A DNA stretch of 64,000 nucleotides from Eledone cirrhosa. Lineage: Eukaryota. Position numbers and translations under genes: made by a program. The stretch lies in NCBI GenBank assembly GCA_964016885.1, contig OZ024742.1:83266001-83330000 (forward strand). The letters are read 5' to 3'. Under the pieces are notes generated by a model. That model was not told the DNA's origin. It was given only the letters and a program-made list of their open reading frames with translations, and did not search any database. Below, piece by piece: positions 51,071 to 64,000 of the stretch (position 1 is its first letter; each line of letters starts with the position of its first letter).

Positions 51071-54000
51071 AGGGGTGAGAGAGAGAGAGGAGAGAGAGAG
51101 AGATACATACATATATACATATATATATTGGTGTGTGTGAATGTGTGTATATGTGTATATATATGTGTATGTGTGTGCATGTGTATATATATGTGTAGGT
51201 GTATGTGTTCGCACGTGTGTGTGTGTGTGTGTGTTTAATGATATTATTGTCGCATCATATTTTATTCGAGTTAATTGTTTTATAGATATCCATAATTTTT
51301 TCAAAATTGTCATAAAATATAATAAAACCACTTTAGATTGTGTTTATAAATCTACAAAACCATATTATAAACATATTGTGCTTTAACTGACCAATTATAT
51401 ATGAAAAAAATATTAGATTAACAATCAATACTTCCGTGCGTTTTATAGCTTCAAAAATGATTAGAAATACAGTAGCAATTAATGAAAATAATATTTTTAA
51501 CTTTCTACGTAGATCGACTTAGGATTTAGAATTGATGTTAGGTCAATGACTGCTGTTTTTAGAACAGTTTTGGGTGTGTGTTTTTTTCATAACACATACA
51601 GTCTTATAAACCCATACTTCTCTTATTAAACAACCTGTAAACAGTAAATTCTGATGCAGTTCTTTCATTACTGTCTTCCAAAGCTTATCACTTCCCTCAT
51701 TACACACCAGAATTTTCCGTTAGTTTTCCAATATATCATCTAACTCATTTATGGGGAATTCGTGTCAAACCTTGGTTGGCGATTTCTTAAAACGGTGAGT
51801 CACTAAAATGGATAATTGTATAAAGATTTATTCACTATCTTCTTGTCGTGTTATGCAAAAAGAAAAGCGTATACACGTTCACTCGTTGACAGAGTACAAA
51901 CAAACACAATTTCTTCCTCAAATTTAATACTGGATAATGTAATCCAACACACATGTGTTGATCATATTTGCGATGATTTTTCTCAATTTGCTGCTCGATT
52001 ACCCAAATCCGAGTAAAGATCAAATACATGTCAGTAGCGTAAATACCACCTAACTATAATGAAATATTTCAACAAGTTAAATTCTTAAGTTTCATCTCTA
52101 ATTAGGACCAGAATATGAAAATAAATGAAACAATTAAAGAAAGGGACCATAGAAGCAACATTCATTGCCTTTCTATTTTAATGCCTGGTAAAATTCCTAC
52201 TTTCCAAAGAGTGAATATTAAAACATTTGACTCTTTCCTCTGGCAAATAACTATAGTGATTTTTTTTCTTTCTAAAACGACTGTACTACGATTCTCCTCA
52301 TGGCTTGAAAGTCAACTCAGCTGTTTAAAATTGGATAAAGAAGAAGAAATAAAGAATCTAAAAAACAAAACTGATTAATAATCGGTTTCAATAAACGGTA
52401 GAGCGTCTAACTAATTATTTTCTTCCAACTTAGGTCTAGAAATAAACCTACGAAACGTATCTCTTTCACTCAACCTTTTTCTCTAAATCTGAAAACTGAC
52501 GAAATTAAAACATCCATAGAATCAACAGATATTCATTTCAATGCAGCAGAGTTATCGCAGGATCTTTGATAAATGATCTGTCAAATTCAGTTATTTATTG
52601 ACCCATATATGAAGACCATAAAATACAGGAATTTATAGAATTCAGTTATTTATTGACCCATATATGAAGACCACAGAATACAGGAAGAATGCTCACTACA
52701 ATAGACATGTAAAATAAGGTTGATAACATATGAATCAGAAGTTAAAGCTGGAAATTCTAACCAAGCAGTAGACATGGAAATATATGTAGGTATATATGTT
52801 TAAACAAAGATTTTACTCGCATGCTTAGATTTTTAAAAGTTGTATAGGAAGTAAAGGTCAAAAGCATACGCTATAAAATATATGATGAATACTAGAAAAG
52901 CCCAGTCCATTTTCCGAAGGAATGTGAGCCTTGTACCAGCGATAAAAGCAGAATAATTAAGAAATTAATTGATTCTAAAGAAAACTTTAGCTCCAAAAGA
53001 GAGGTTTTCAAGAAATATTAGAATTTTCAAAATCCCTGACACTCTTCATGGAAGCAGGAACTCCAACTCATCAATACATTACAAGCTTGCACTCTCTCAT
53101 AGCAAATTATTACAATATTCTCGGCCTTATATTCTCTCAACCCATTAGTAATTCAGTTTCTAAACACCCTTCATAAATATGCCGGATTTGACAGACAGTA
53201 TCTCTCTAACATCAAATATTGCACATATATAAAATATACACACACACGTGGATACACGCTGACATGCACTCATCCGGCACACACGTGAAAATACAGAGAC
53301 ACACACACTGAAACGTACACATGCATAACAAAAAGGTTACATACACACAGACACACACACATACACACAGAGAGACAGATATACCCACACATAAGAATAC
53401 TCACACTGGCACACAAAATCATCCCTCTACAGATGATAGAAAGCTACCCACATCCGTCACACAAGTCAATGTATACAAACGTACACACTAACATACATAG
53501 AAACAATAGAAAACAGTCCCATAAACACACGCACAAACAAACGCACATACACACACTCATCCGACACACACGTGAAAATACAGAAACACACGCACACAAG
53601 CGTACACACTCATATACATAGAAACTGTAGAAACAAGTCCCATACACACTCACACTCACATGCACACACATGCCCACCAGAGTGCACACAACAACAATAT
53701 AAAACTCTGAGACACACTCATGTTCACACACACACATACACACACGCACATATTCACACACACAGACGGAAGCAATAATACACATCTATCAATTTTATCC
53801 CTTCGGCATACCCACAACCACACCCATGACACACCCGTAGCCTTCACTTCGGTCCCCACTCCAAATGCCGGGCCTCTCGCCTATCACCCCAACCTATCAA
53901 TCTCTTCATAACACCCTTTTGCTAGCTTCCTTTCCTAACTTTCAGGCACAACGTTCATGTACTTACCTGTTCTCTCCTTAACCGAACTTTCCTGACAAAA

Positions 54001-54407
54001 GACTTCCGTCAGAAGCGTAGAAGCCTCCTGAATTTCCTATAAGCATGAACCTAATATGACGTTGTATTTTTGTATGCCTGTGTTTGTTTTGTTTCATTCA
54101 TCAAGTATATATCATAACCTATAAAGCTCAGTGTGTGGTCATGCTCCTTCGTTATAGAAATCTACGATATAGAATTTCTTCAATTGAAATTTACAACTCA
54201 GTATTCGAAATAGCTTCGATTGCGTCTTGACGCAGATACATTTTTCAATTTTACCCACAATTACGCAAAAAATAGATAAAACTCAATATTTTACGATTTT
54301 TCTCTCTCATTTAAACTGCTGAACTCTTTCTACTACCATTCTAAATCTATACAACTTCATACTTACTGCTACTTTCTCGTTCCAAGCTTGATGGTGATAC
54401 TGTCCGT

Positions 54408-54720
54408 TCACACCACTCCCTACTGTCTTAAATTTAGAAAACACATATCCTCTATGAGGTTACTAAACCTGCTAGAAACAGCAGCTAACTCTCCCCCATA
54501 TCACACCCCTCCCTACTGTCTTAAATTTAGAAAACATATCTTATATGAGGTCACTAAACCTGCTAGAAACAGCAGCTAACTTTCCCCCATATCACACCAC
54601 TCGCCACTGTCTTAAATTTAGAAAACACATATCCTCTATGAGGTACTAAACCTGCTAGAAACAACAGCTAACTCTCCCACATATCACAACCCTCCCTACT
54701 GTCTTAAATTTAGAAAACAC
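54408..54720. repeat. ~92-bp tandem repeat, ~3.3 copies
   Basis: actgtcttaaatttagaaaaca at ~54422, 54515, 54606, 54698. Confidence 0.9.
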
Positions 54721-54980
54721 ACAGACAACCATGCAGAACAACTCCATCGCAGCTCTGTTGTTCGGCTGGCATCGTCTACGCGCGTGTTGCGCAAGTACTG
54801 TGAAACAATAAATTTCAACACTTTTTTGCACAGAGATAATATCCATAGGCGAAACTACAATTGTCACTGCTGGCGCAGCTCATGCTTACAGGTCTGCAAT
54901 TCATTTACCCAGTGCCTGGCAGACAAAAAAGTGCTGCCATAAAATGGGTGGTGCAACCTAGCTTTGGTAACTTAATGACA

Positions 54981-55007
54981 CCGAGCAACGCCGGGCTTTA
55001 ATGCTAG
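54981..55007 (+). mobile_element. Helitron-like 3' terminus
   Basis: GC hairpin ccgagcaacgccggg followed ~10 nt later by CTAG|T. Confidence 0.55.
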
Positions 55008-55265
55008 TATATACATAGTTTAGAAAACTTAAGAGAAACACAAACATAAAGACAATACCCTCTTCGGTTGTCTGCTGTGGGTCACTGATGTTTCGACGCA
55101 TTAAAGACAGTACATCTCACCACAGTGCGTTACTCATCGCTCTCTCTCTCTCGTGCTGTTAATACGGATTCAGGGCTTACGTTCGGTCTTCTTTTTAACT
55201 TCTCCCGCTCTCTCTTTTTTTACTGCAACTTACATGTACTACACACACACACACACACACACATA

Positions 55266-55389
<124 letters not shown>

Positions 55390-56983
55390 CTTAAGAGAAA
55401 CACAAACATATGGACAATTCCCTCTTCGTGGGAAGATAGAATGAGAATGCAAGAGCAAATAGAAATATAGAGTATGAGAAGTGAACGAACGGAAAAGAAA
55501 GTTGTTAGAAAACGCACATTATATTCTGATTACTGGAGGAAATGTAATGTAGATTCGACCCAGAAGTTTATTCAAGTGGGAGAAGGGTCCAATCAAATGG
55601 AATGAAATAGCATGAGGTTAGTTGATGTGATTGTGGACTATGATGTTGTAGTGGTGTATTTGATAATAGTTCGTATGTCAGGTTGTGTCTCTGAGCATGT
55701 ATGTGTACTTAGCTCATTAAATAAATATATTAAAGACGGTATTAAGGCTTGATTTTAAGAAAGGCAATCCGAAATATAGAAAAATGTGTAATAGAGATAA
55801 GCAGAGAGGGGTGGGGAAGTTTAAAACAAAGAAAGAAAAAAGAAAGTGTGACATATTTAAACATATAGTTATGTAGATACATAAATGAGCGGAGATAGTG
55901 ATATAGTAAGAAAGACGGGCGGATATACTGAGATATAGTAAGATAGATATGCCGGCGGATAGGAGATATATTTAGTGATGTACAGCAAGACAAATTGAAA
56001 AAGAAAGATTTAGAATGTGTGGTTCTAAAATATTGCTATAAATGAGCAAAGAGCAAAAACTAATTATAAAGAGAGAAATACAGCAAAAATAGAAATTACT
56101 TTATTCACAGTATATAACTCAGTGTTCTGGTGTATCTTAATACCCACTCGACTAAAGAAACGGTAACAAGTAAATATTCAATGAAACAAGTCTCAATATC
56201 AGGAAATTTCACAACACTGGTAAAGACAATATGATATCATCGAGAACAAATCATTCAAGACTACACAAATCAAGTAAGACATAATGGCGGAAAACACCTA
56301 TATATATATATATATATATATATAGTTTTGCGAGGTTATTTTATATATATGGAATAACAACAACACCCAAACAGACAACACTGACCTAAGAGAAGTATAA
56401 ATAAGTAAATAAAATAAGATAAATAAATAAATAAATACATACACAAGCACAATAACAACAAGCACATAAACACACACTTATCACCCATCACACACCAAAC
56501 ATAACACTATACACACACGTAAACGCATGCGCAAAGAAGACAAAATAAAATAAACAAACAAGCAAATAAATAAATAAATATATAGACAGACTGAATAAAA
56601 ATGGCGTAGACATACAACACAACAGGAGGAAAATATAACACCACTGACGTTGTTGCAGATGTGCAACGAAAGATTTATGATAAACTATATATATGTGTTT
56701 GTGTCTATATTGTATCTGTATTATTTTTGACCGTCGGTCAGTCAATGGCAACATTGAGGACCGAGTAAGTTAGATTACCGATATAAAAGACACAGAAGCG
56801 AGAAGCGAAAACCAACCAAACAGTGAGTGTGTTCTGTTATTAATTCTGGCAATATTACACAAATATATTATTATTATTATTTTTACCCACTCTACTACCC
56901 TAAGTATTGAGTACTTTGGTGTGTTATGGTCCACCTGGTTCCTTACCACATTTCTTCCGTTATATATATATATATATATATAT

Positions 56984-57058
<75 letters not shown>

Positions 57059-57390
57059 TGCAGACAGACAGACAGAGAGAAAAGGTGAAATTCGAAATAG
57101 CACAGAAAATATATTTAAGGATCTGTTTTTCTTTTTTTTTCCTTCTTTGATTCGTCAAAGTGACAGTATTGAGAAAATGAGAGGGACAGTTTAAAAAGAG
57201 TTTTATAACGTATATAAAATATATAAAATATAACCGGTTTTGATGTATCAGTGAAATCCATCTTATCAAATGTTGAATATTAAAATTAAAAAGAATTAAA
57301 AAGAATTAAAAGTTAAAGATTTTAAATTAATATATGTGCCCCAGCATGGCCTCAGCCGGATGGCTGGAACAGGTAAAAGAATAAAAGAGA

Positions 57391-57467
<77 letters not shown>

Positions 57468-57748
57468 CGTGTGTGTGTGTAAACATATCGATCGTATCGT
57501 TCAAGAAGGTCCCAGACCTCATTCACTTGCCGAGTGGTGTGGAACACATTAAATCGGAACAAGGAAACAGTGTTTCCACTGGTCTTTCGGTTGTTGATAC
57601 TAACTACCGGTCACATCTTTTGCCAGGAGGAGCAATGTGAAATAATGTGTCCTGCTGAAGAAGATAACGCAGCCGGTCCGGGAGTCAAACTCACAACCTC
57701 CCGATTTCGAATCCAGTACTTTGACCAATAATTCACATTTATATATAT

Positions 57749-58455
57749 GCCCATATGAGTCTGTGAGTATTGATTTATTATTTTCTAGATCGTACAGGCA
57801 GACCTTATGTTGTTGAATTAAGATGTTTCACTCTAGCGATCTTATTAGTCAATTGCAACTATAACATGTAAATGTTCATCAAATATTAATTTATACTGCT
57901 CAGAAGCGATTCCTAGAGCTGAAATGATTGTAAATGACCTCTTTGAGTCTAAACTCTAAGCTATTTTTCACTGCTCCCCCAGGTGAGCTGAATTTTGTAA
58001 TCCCATATAAACGGCTGTTATTTCTAGCACTATGTGTGGGACGTTAGAGGACTGGAATAAGCCGTGTGCAAAACCTCGTGTATTTTCGCTACGCTAACCA
58101 GACCTTAGATATTTTTCTGAGGTTGAGTTATTTTATTTTTATCTGGGTACCTATTGTTAAACACAGAAAAAGTTGATTAACTCACTGCTAATTAGTTAAT
58201 TATTTTACTATTATACCATCCTTTGTGAAACATGTTTGAAGTTTGAAGTTCTGACCGATCTGCGGAAAAAGTTTGTATTTTGAATTTTAAACGTGTCTAG
58301 GTACCAAGGCTTTTTGCCCATATGAGTCTGTGAGTATTGATTTATTATTTTCTAGATCGTACAGGCAGACCTTATGTTGTTGAATTAAGATTTTTCACTC
58401 TAGCGATCTTATTAGTCAATTGCAACTATAACATGTAAATGTTCATCAAATATTA

Positions 58456-58460
<5 letters not shown>
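57749..58460. repeat. 567-bp unit with ~145-bp terminal direct repeat, between TA tracts
   Basis: ccatatgagtctgtgag...aaatattaatttata at 57751 and 58318. Confidence 0.85.
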
Positions 58461-58515
<55 letters not shown>

Positions 58516-58546
58516 GTGTGTGTGTGTGTGAGTGTGTGCGTGTGTC

Positions 58547-58580
<34 letters not shown>

Positions 58581-58738
58581 CGTGTGTGCGTGTATGTGTG
58601 TGTGTGCGCGTGTGCGTGTGTGTGTGCGTGTATGTGTGTGTGTGCGTGTGATTCAACCAAAAAGAAATTGGTTAGTTTGTTGTTTAGTTGTATCACACGA
58701 AAACTACACACACACACACACAAATACATACACATACA

Positions 58739-59246
58739 TCTAAAGAGAGAGACACACAGAGGGAGAGACAGAAAGAGAGATATAGGCCGTTATACAGAGA
58801 GAGATACAATCAAAATGTTAAATATTCACAGAGAGACAGGGAGAGAAACGTCCCACGAGAGTCTAGAATCGGTTTAAACTATAGATACTTTAATCTATAG
58901 GAAGGTTTGACAATATTGCGTTAGCTTTTATAAATTTGTTTTACAGTCTTTGATTTTACAGAACAAAGAAAAATTGATACTATTTGAAATTTATCTACCT
59001 TCCAACTTGTATCCATATACTGCTTACAGACCGTACTAATGAAGCTAAACACTTCAGAAGCAATGTCATGCGGTATAATGCTGCGTTTCAGATGACGTCC
59101 TTTAGGGCTGAAAAAGATCATACTGACTATGGTTATTTCACAACATTTAAAATCCAACGCCAGTGCTACCATTTAATCGGCAGTTTACTCCCCCATCCTA
59201 ATAAGCAAGTTTTATGATTGCTTTTTTTTCATATCTCTCTCACACA

Positions 59247-59298
<52 letters not shown>

Positions 59299-59405
59299 AC
59301 GGTCTCACCTCATACCAGACAACACATCCAATGCAGTCAGTCGTTTTCTCTTTTATCCTTCTTGTCTTAACTATTCTACCGGGCGAAGCCAGGTACCTCA
59401 GCTAG
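58739..59405 (+). mobile_element. Non-autonomous Helitron with Rep/helicase N-terminal fragment
   Basis: HFRSNVMRYNAAFQMTSF..TFKIQRQCYHLIGSLLP motif (59020-59200); 3' hairpin ccgggcgaagccagg + CTAG; A|TC candidate 5' end. Confidence 0.75.
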
Positions 59406-60323
59406 TATTTCATATATTTATATCTGTTTTTGTGGAAAGGCACGCAAATTTTCCTTTCCTTTCTTTGTTTTGTAATCATCCAGTGGTTCCTGTCAGATGC
59501 GACCGTCTCCAATTGATTCGGCTGGATCCTCAAGCGAGGCCAGCGAGACCAACGAGCTTATGGATGTTATCCACTCATTTACTCGGGGTCGACCTTTGCG
59601 TCTCCTGACTTAACGGTGTTATTTAACATAGTAAAATGGTCCGGCATGTCACAGGTTCTCAGATGATATAGGTGCCTGGAAAGGTTCTCACGAATTTCTT
59701 CTACATACACATCTGAAGGATCGGGTTACACAGATGAATCTCAGCTCTACATAAGTTGATGAGATAACAATGCAGCTCGCCATCGGCAACATTACTTGCA
59801 GTTTGTCTATTATGTGATAAAACGATGTACCAATCAAACACTGGAGTCGCTAGAACCAAATATTACCATCCCCACACGTATCTGGCCTTGTGCCTATGTG
59901 AAAAGTTGCCATTATTGTTAATGTTGCTTTTGGTTTTATCATCATTATCTTTATCGTTATTGTTTTGTTGTCGTTGATATTCTTTTTATTACTGTTCTTT
60001 CATTCTATTTGTCTGTATGGATATTTATCCTTCTTTCCTTCTGATTCGACGTTTCTTAATCTACCTTCACTGCTTGCTTTCTATTCTCAGTTTCTTTCTC
60101 TATTTCTCTATAGTTTGTTTATTATCCGTCTTCCAGTAGATACACTGTAATTATAAAGCAATGATACGCTGCTAAAATTAATTACCTTAAGCTGAAACGG
60201 GAAAGAAAATGGCTGAAAAATATAGTATAGAAAATAGTCAAAAGTAATTGTTTTCTTCCATTATTTCTCACTACCCTCTCATTACCTCGCTTTCTCACTA
60301 CCTTCTTGTGCCTATCTTTATCC

Positions 60324-60360
<37 letters not shown>

Positions 60361-60929
60361 TCTCTCTCTCTCTCCCTCTCTCTCTCTCTCTGCCTCTTTA
60401 TTCTTCATTCAGTCCTTCTTTTTTATCTTCTTCACGCTCTTCCAACCTCTCTTTTAACAATTTATTCTCTTCTTTCTCGCTCCTTATCCGAATTTGTTTA
60501 TTTTTTCCTAATTTCTTATTGCTGAATACTTTATAAGATAGATTTATCTCAGACCTTAATAAATGTGTGCACACATACGTGATTAAATGATTTATTTTCG
60601 ATATTGTTTGGGGTTTTGTAATTGATCATTTTTTTTTATTATTGTTTTACCATTTTACACTCATTTCTTTCTTGTATTTCTTTAAAAAATAATGATTCTA
60701 GTCACGAGTAGAAATGCAACTATAACCTTTAGCAGACAACACCATAGGATTATGCCAATCTCCTATCTAGGTTTAAATATATTTGGACAAAATAAAGTTA
60801 GATACTTTTTGTGAAATAATCGTATAAATTCAACAAAGATGGCAACCTTCACGTAGTCGCATTATCAGCTACATATATCAGCCAAATCTTTCTTATATCC
60901 TAACCTAGCCGCTTCAAATGATACATCTT

Positions 60930-62440
60930 TTAAGACAGGCCTGAGCTAAAGATGGAGTGTTGGCGGATAAGGAAGTCAGGATTATGTATGCGGATAATAT
61001 TGCATCCAAATTCAGAGAACTTCCTGGGCAAACTAAAGACATTGAAACGGCTATTAAATGCAGTGGACGAAAGCGGCTTCATGTGGCATTGGCTGGTAGG
61101 AGGTCCCATTGGTTCAATCAAGAGGTTCAAGATGCCTTCCCCGTAAAGAAGGATGGTTATAAATATTGGCTTGAAATTAAGTAGGCATCCTTGTACTTGT
61201 GATACGTGCAGGCGTGAAATATCGCAGCAGAGACAATAAAGGCGTCCAAAGATAAAACATTAGACATATTAGGGGTTCAGCTGGAATACGACATCAGATC
61301 AGAAAATCAAGTTATCTGGCAGATCATCCACCGACTTTGTAATAAGTTCTACACAACATCTGCTATCAGGAACGCGTTTGAGGTTCTCTTTTCATTTCGG
61401 AGGCTGAGATCACAAGAGCAAGTAAAGACCTCAACTGTGACAAGGCCTCTGAGGAGGGGGAAATTCGGCACAAGAAATTAAAATCTTTAAATAGATGGCT
61501 CGTGTGTGCCTCGTGGCTGGGATCTCTAGAAAAGCACCTAAGCATTTGTAATCGGGAGTGGTTCTCCCAATTTTCAAAAAAGGAGACAAGAGAGTTTGCT
61601 CCAGTTATAGAGGGATATCCCTGTTAAGATTACCTGGTAAAGGCTATGCTAAGTGTCTGGCAAAGCGATGTAAGGATATTGTCGAGTCCCAGCTAGTTGA
61701 CAATCAGGCCACAGCACAGCTGACAAAATATTCACACCGTGTCTGGTCAGGAAGAAATCATGGTAGTACTGCCAAGTGGTGTATGCTTGTTTCGTAGATC
61801 ACAAATAGCCACGAGATCGTTCCACGCGACCTGTTGTGGAGGGTTCTTCAGGAGTATGGGTCGATCGACTGCTTCATGTAGCCCTGATGTCTCTAAACAA
61901 ATTCACTTATATGTGTGTTCGGATAAATGATTATAAGTCGTAAAATTTAATGTGAGTGTTGGACTCCATGAAGGGTGCGTACTTTCACCTCTCCTGTTCC
62001 TTATATGCAAGGAAAGGATCAATTTGTGAAGCCGGTTTGAAAGTAATGTCAAGACAGTAGGATCAGTCGGCTGGAATTTGAAGACGCCAGGAAATTACTT
62101 AAATCGTCAGATGGTGATCTCCGACATGTATTTGAAACGTTTACTGCCAAGTGCTGCATGGGGAAAATGCAAATCATTGCTGCAAATACTAAGGCACTCA
62201 TCTCCTCGAGGATGCCTGGGCAGTAAACTATTCATGTACTAAGTAGAGGGATTCGTTCAAGTATCTCGCGAACGGTTCCACAAGTGTTGGAAGGCAGGAG
62301 ACTGAATAAAATGCAAGAATTGCTGGAGCTGTTACAATGATGCACCAGCTTTAACTCTCGATTATTAGAAGGTAGATAGATGTAAAAAGCCAAACTCGCT
62401 ATATTCAATTTGCTATTTGCATCAACACTTACCTATGTGT
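60930..62440 (+). mobile_element. Decayed RTE-clade LINE (RT region)
   Basis: VVLPIFKKGDKRVCSSYRGISLLRLPGK and FNVSVGLHEGCVLSPLLF motifs; numerous stops. Confidence 0.8.
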
Positions 62441-62639
62441 CTGTGCCATATGTCGATTTTATAGATTTAATCAATACCACACATGTTCTTATCCTGATAA
62501 CTTGCTATTAATTATGTCTTGGTATAATTCTCTCCCGTTCACTCGGCAACTTCCGTTTCTCTCTTCTTCCCAGCATTATCGCTTGTCCAGATTGCAGACA
62601 TATCTGTCACTTCTAAATGTATTGTATTACTAGCTTCAA

Positions 62640-63045
62640 ATACCATATTTTCCACACTATCTTCTCATTGCTATAGGGGGTCACCCTAGCTCCATATTTC
62701 CAAACTGTGTCACTAAAGCTGCCCCAGTTCCATAGTGTGCCGCCCTAGCTCCGCAATGCCATACTGCAGCGCCCTAGCTCCGCAATACCATATTTTCAAC
62801 GCGATCTCCCCATTGTCATAGGGGGTCACGTAAGCTCCATATTCCATACTGTGTCACTGAAGCTCCCCATTCCCATAGTGTGTCACCCTAGATCGTCTAT
62901 TCCGTAGTGCGGCACCCTAGCTCCAAAGTGCCGTATTTTACTGGACCTCGTGACACAGACGGTACATCTGGTTCCATATTTCCATACTGTACCACTCAAA
63001 CCTCCTTATGCCATAGTGTGGTACCCAAGCCCCGCAGTGCCGTAT
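62640..63045. repeat. Degenerate ~29-bp minisatellite (ccctagctcc...ccata)
   Basis: Recurrent ccctagctcc / ccatagtgtg motifs. Confidence 0.65.
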
Positions 63046-63133
63046 TTTAATCCGGCAATGACACATTATTATGTGTTTAGTGTTTTTAATCCGGCCCTTT
63101 GTTTTACGATATTATATCCGGCACTTATCCTTA

Positions 63134-63886
63134 TCTATATATATAAAATTGAGGATTTCTGCATGTGTGTGTGTGTTTGAATCCCTAAAACTAGAGAAGC
63201 ACCTAACCGACTGTTTTCAAACTTTACACGTGTTTCAGGGAGTGTTCTGAACAAAGAAAATTTCAAATTTTCACTGCTCTGGCGACCACATTAGGCGATT
63301 AAGCGATCTCTCTCTATAATTCTTAGTCTTTCTATTTTTAGATAGATACATACATATAACGTCGCGCCCTTATAATATCTGTCTGTATTTCTGGCTGTCT
63401 GCATTGCGTCACTTCCTACAATTCGCTCTGCGTCCAGAACGCGCCCTTATAATATATGTCTATATGTCTGGCTGTCTGCTTCTTCCGGTTATTCTGTCAC
63501 CCTTGCTCAAGACAAATCTCACACTCATTCCCCAAACAGTTGGTAAGTGACTTATTTATTAAGTGTCAGTGCTGGATTAAAATTAAGTTTGAGAGCCGGA
63601 ATAAAAACACAAATGATCGCTGCCGGATTAAAATCACTAATGACTAAAAATATGTGTCAGTACCGGATTTAAAATAATAAATGTCAGGGCCGGATCACTA
63701 CTGACACAGAGCTTTGTTGAAACGCTGATTTTTTTTCCGCAGTAGAATGGTCGCTATCCTTCTTCCTTCGGTTTAACTCATTCATCTCAGACAGAGGTAC
63801 ACGATTCGACTTTTATTTATATAGATATACACCCACATGCACACACACATGCGCGCGCACACACATATATGTATCCTGCTTACTAG
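63134..63886 (+). mobile_element. Possible non-autonomous Helitron-like element
   Basis: Starts A|TCTATATATATAAAA followed by GT-rich tract, candidate end CTAG|T; 3' hairpin not clear. Confidence 0.35.
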
Positions 63887-64000
63887 TTATTAAAATTAAA
63901 AGATAGCCGGACAATATTTGGTCAACTGCCAGATTAAAAAATATTTAGTAGATTGCCGGGTATAACGACACTTGGTAGATTGCCGGATTAAACTATATTT

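Noticed and set aside
45826-52685. Small local tandem duplications (40 bp at 45826-45905; ~54 bp at 52585-52685)
   Set aside because: Ordinary slippage duplications with no further structure
55070-55140. Minus-strand GCGATGA..acgca/tgcgt..GAAA hammerhead remnant
   Set aside because: Core and stem I are incomplete, truncated by a CT tract

Overview
AT-rich, microsatellite-dense animal DNA, most likely an octopus/cephalopod intronic or intergenic region (inferred from Nin-type SINE cores and the (TA)n/(GT)n/(AG)n load). The window is dominated by mobile DNA. (1) An apparently intact, young Penelope-like retroelement (PLE, Neptune-type RT + C-terminal GIY-YIG) lies on the minus strand at ~27238-32757, with pseudo-LTRs and an extra coiled-coil ORF1. 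ORF1 overlaps the RT frame across a correctly phased U_UUU_UUA slippery site, and the conserved RT N-terminal motif has no ATG of its own, which suggests a gag-pol-like -1 frameshift (or a splice). (2) About 17 hammerhead ribozyme motifs, plus 4 divergent ones, from roughly 9-10 sequence families sit in short (TA)n-flanked tandem or palindromic elements (retrozyme/pLTR-like). These include a 591-bp tandem array with a U3-A8 covariant core and other core variants. (3) A 6.9-kb 30-bp minisatellite is open in two frames. (4) There are decayed RTE, R4-like, Tx1-like, mariner/Tc1, Helitron and SINE remnants, and a few weak candidate host exons. Most ORFs in the track are microsatellite artefacts.
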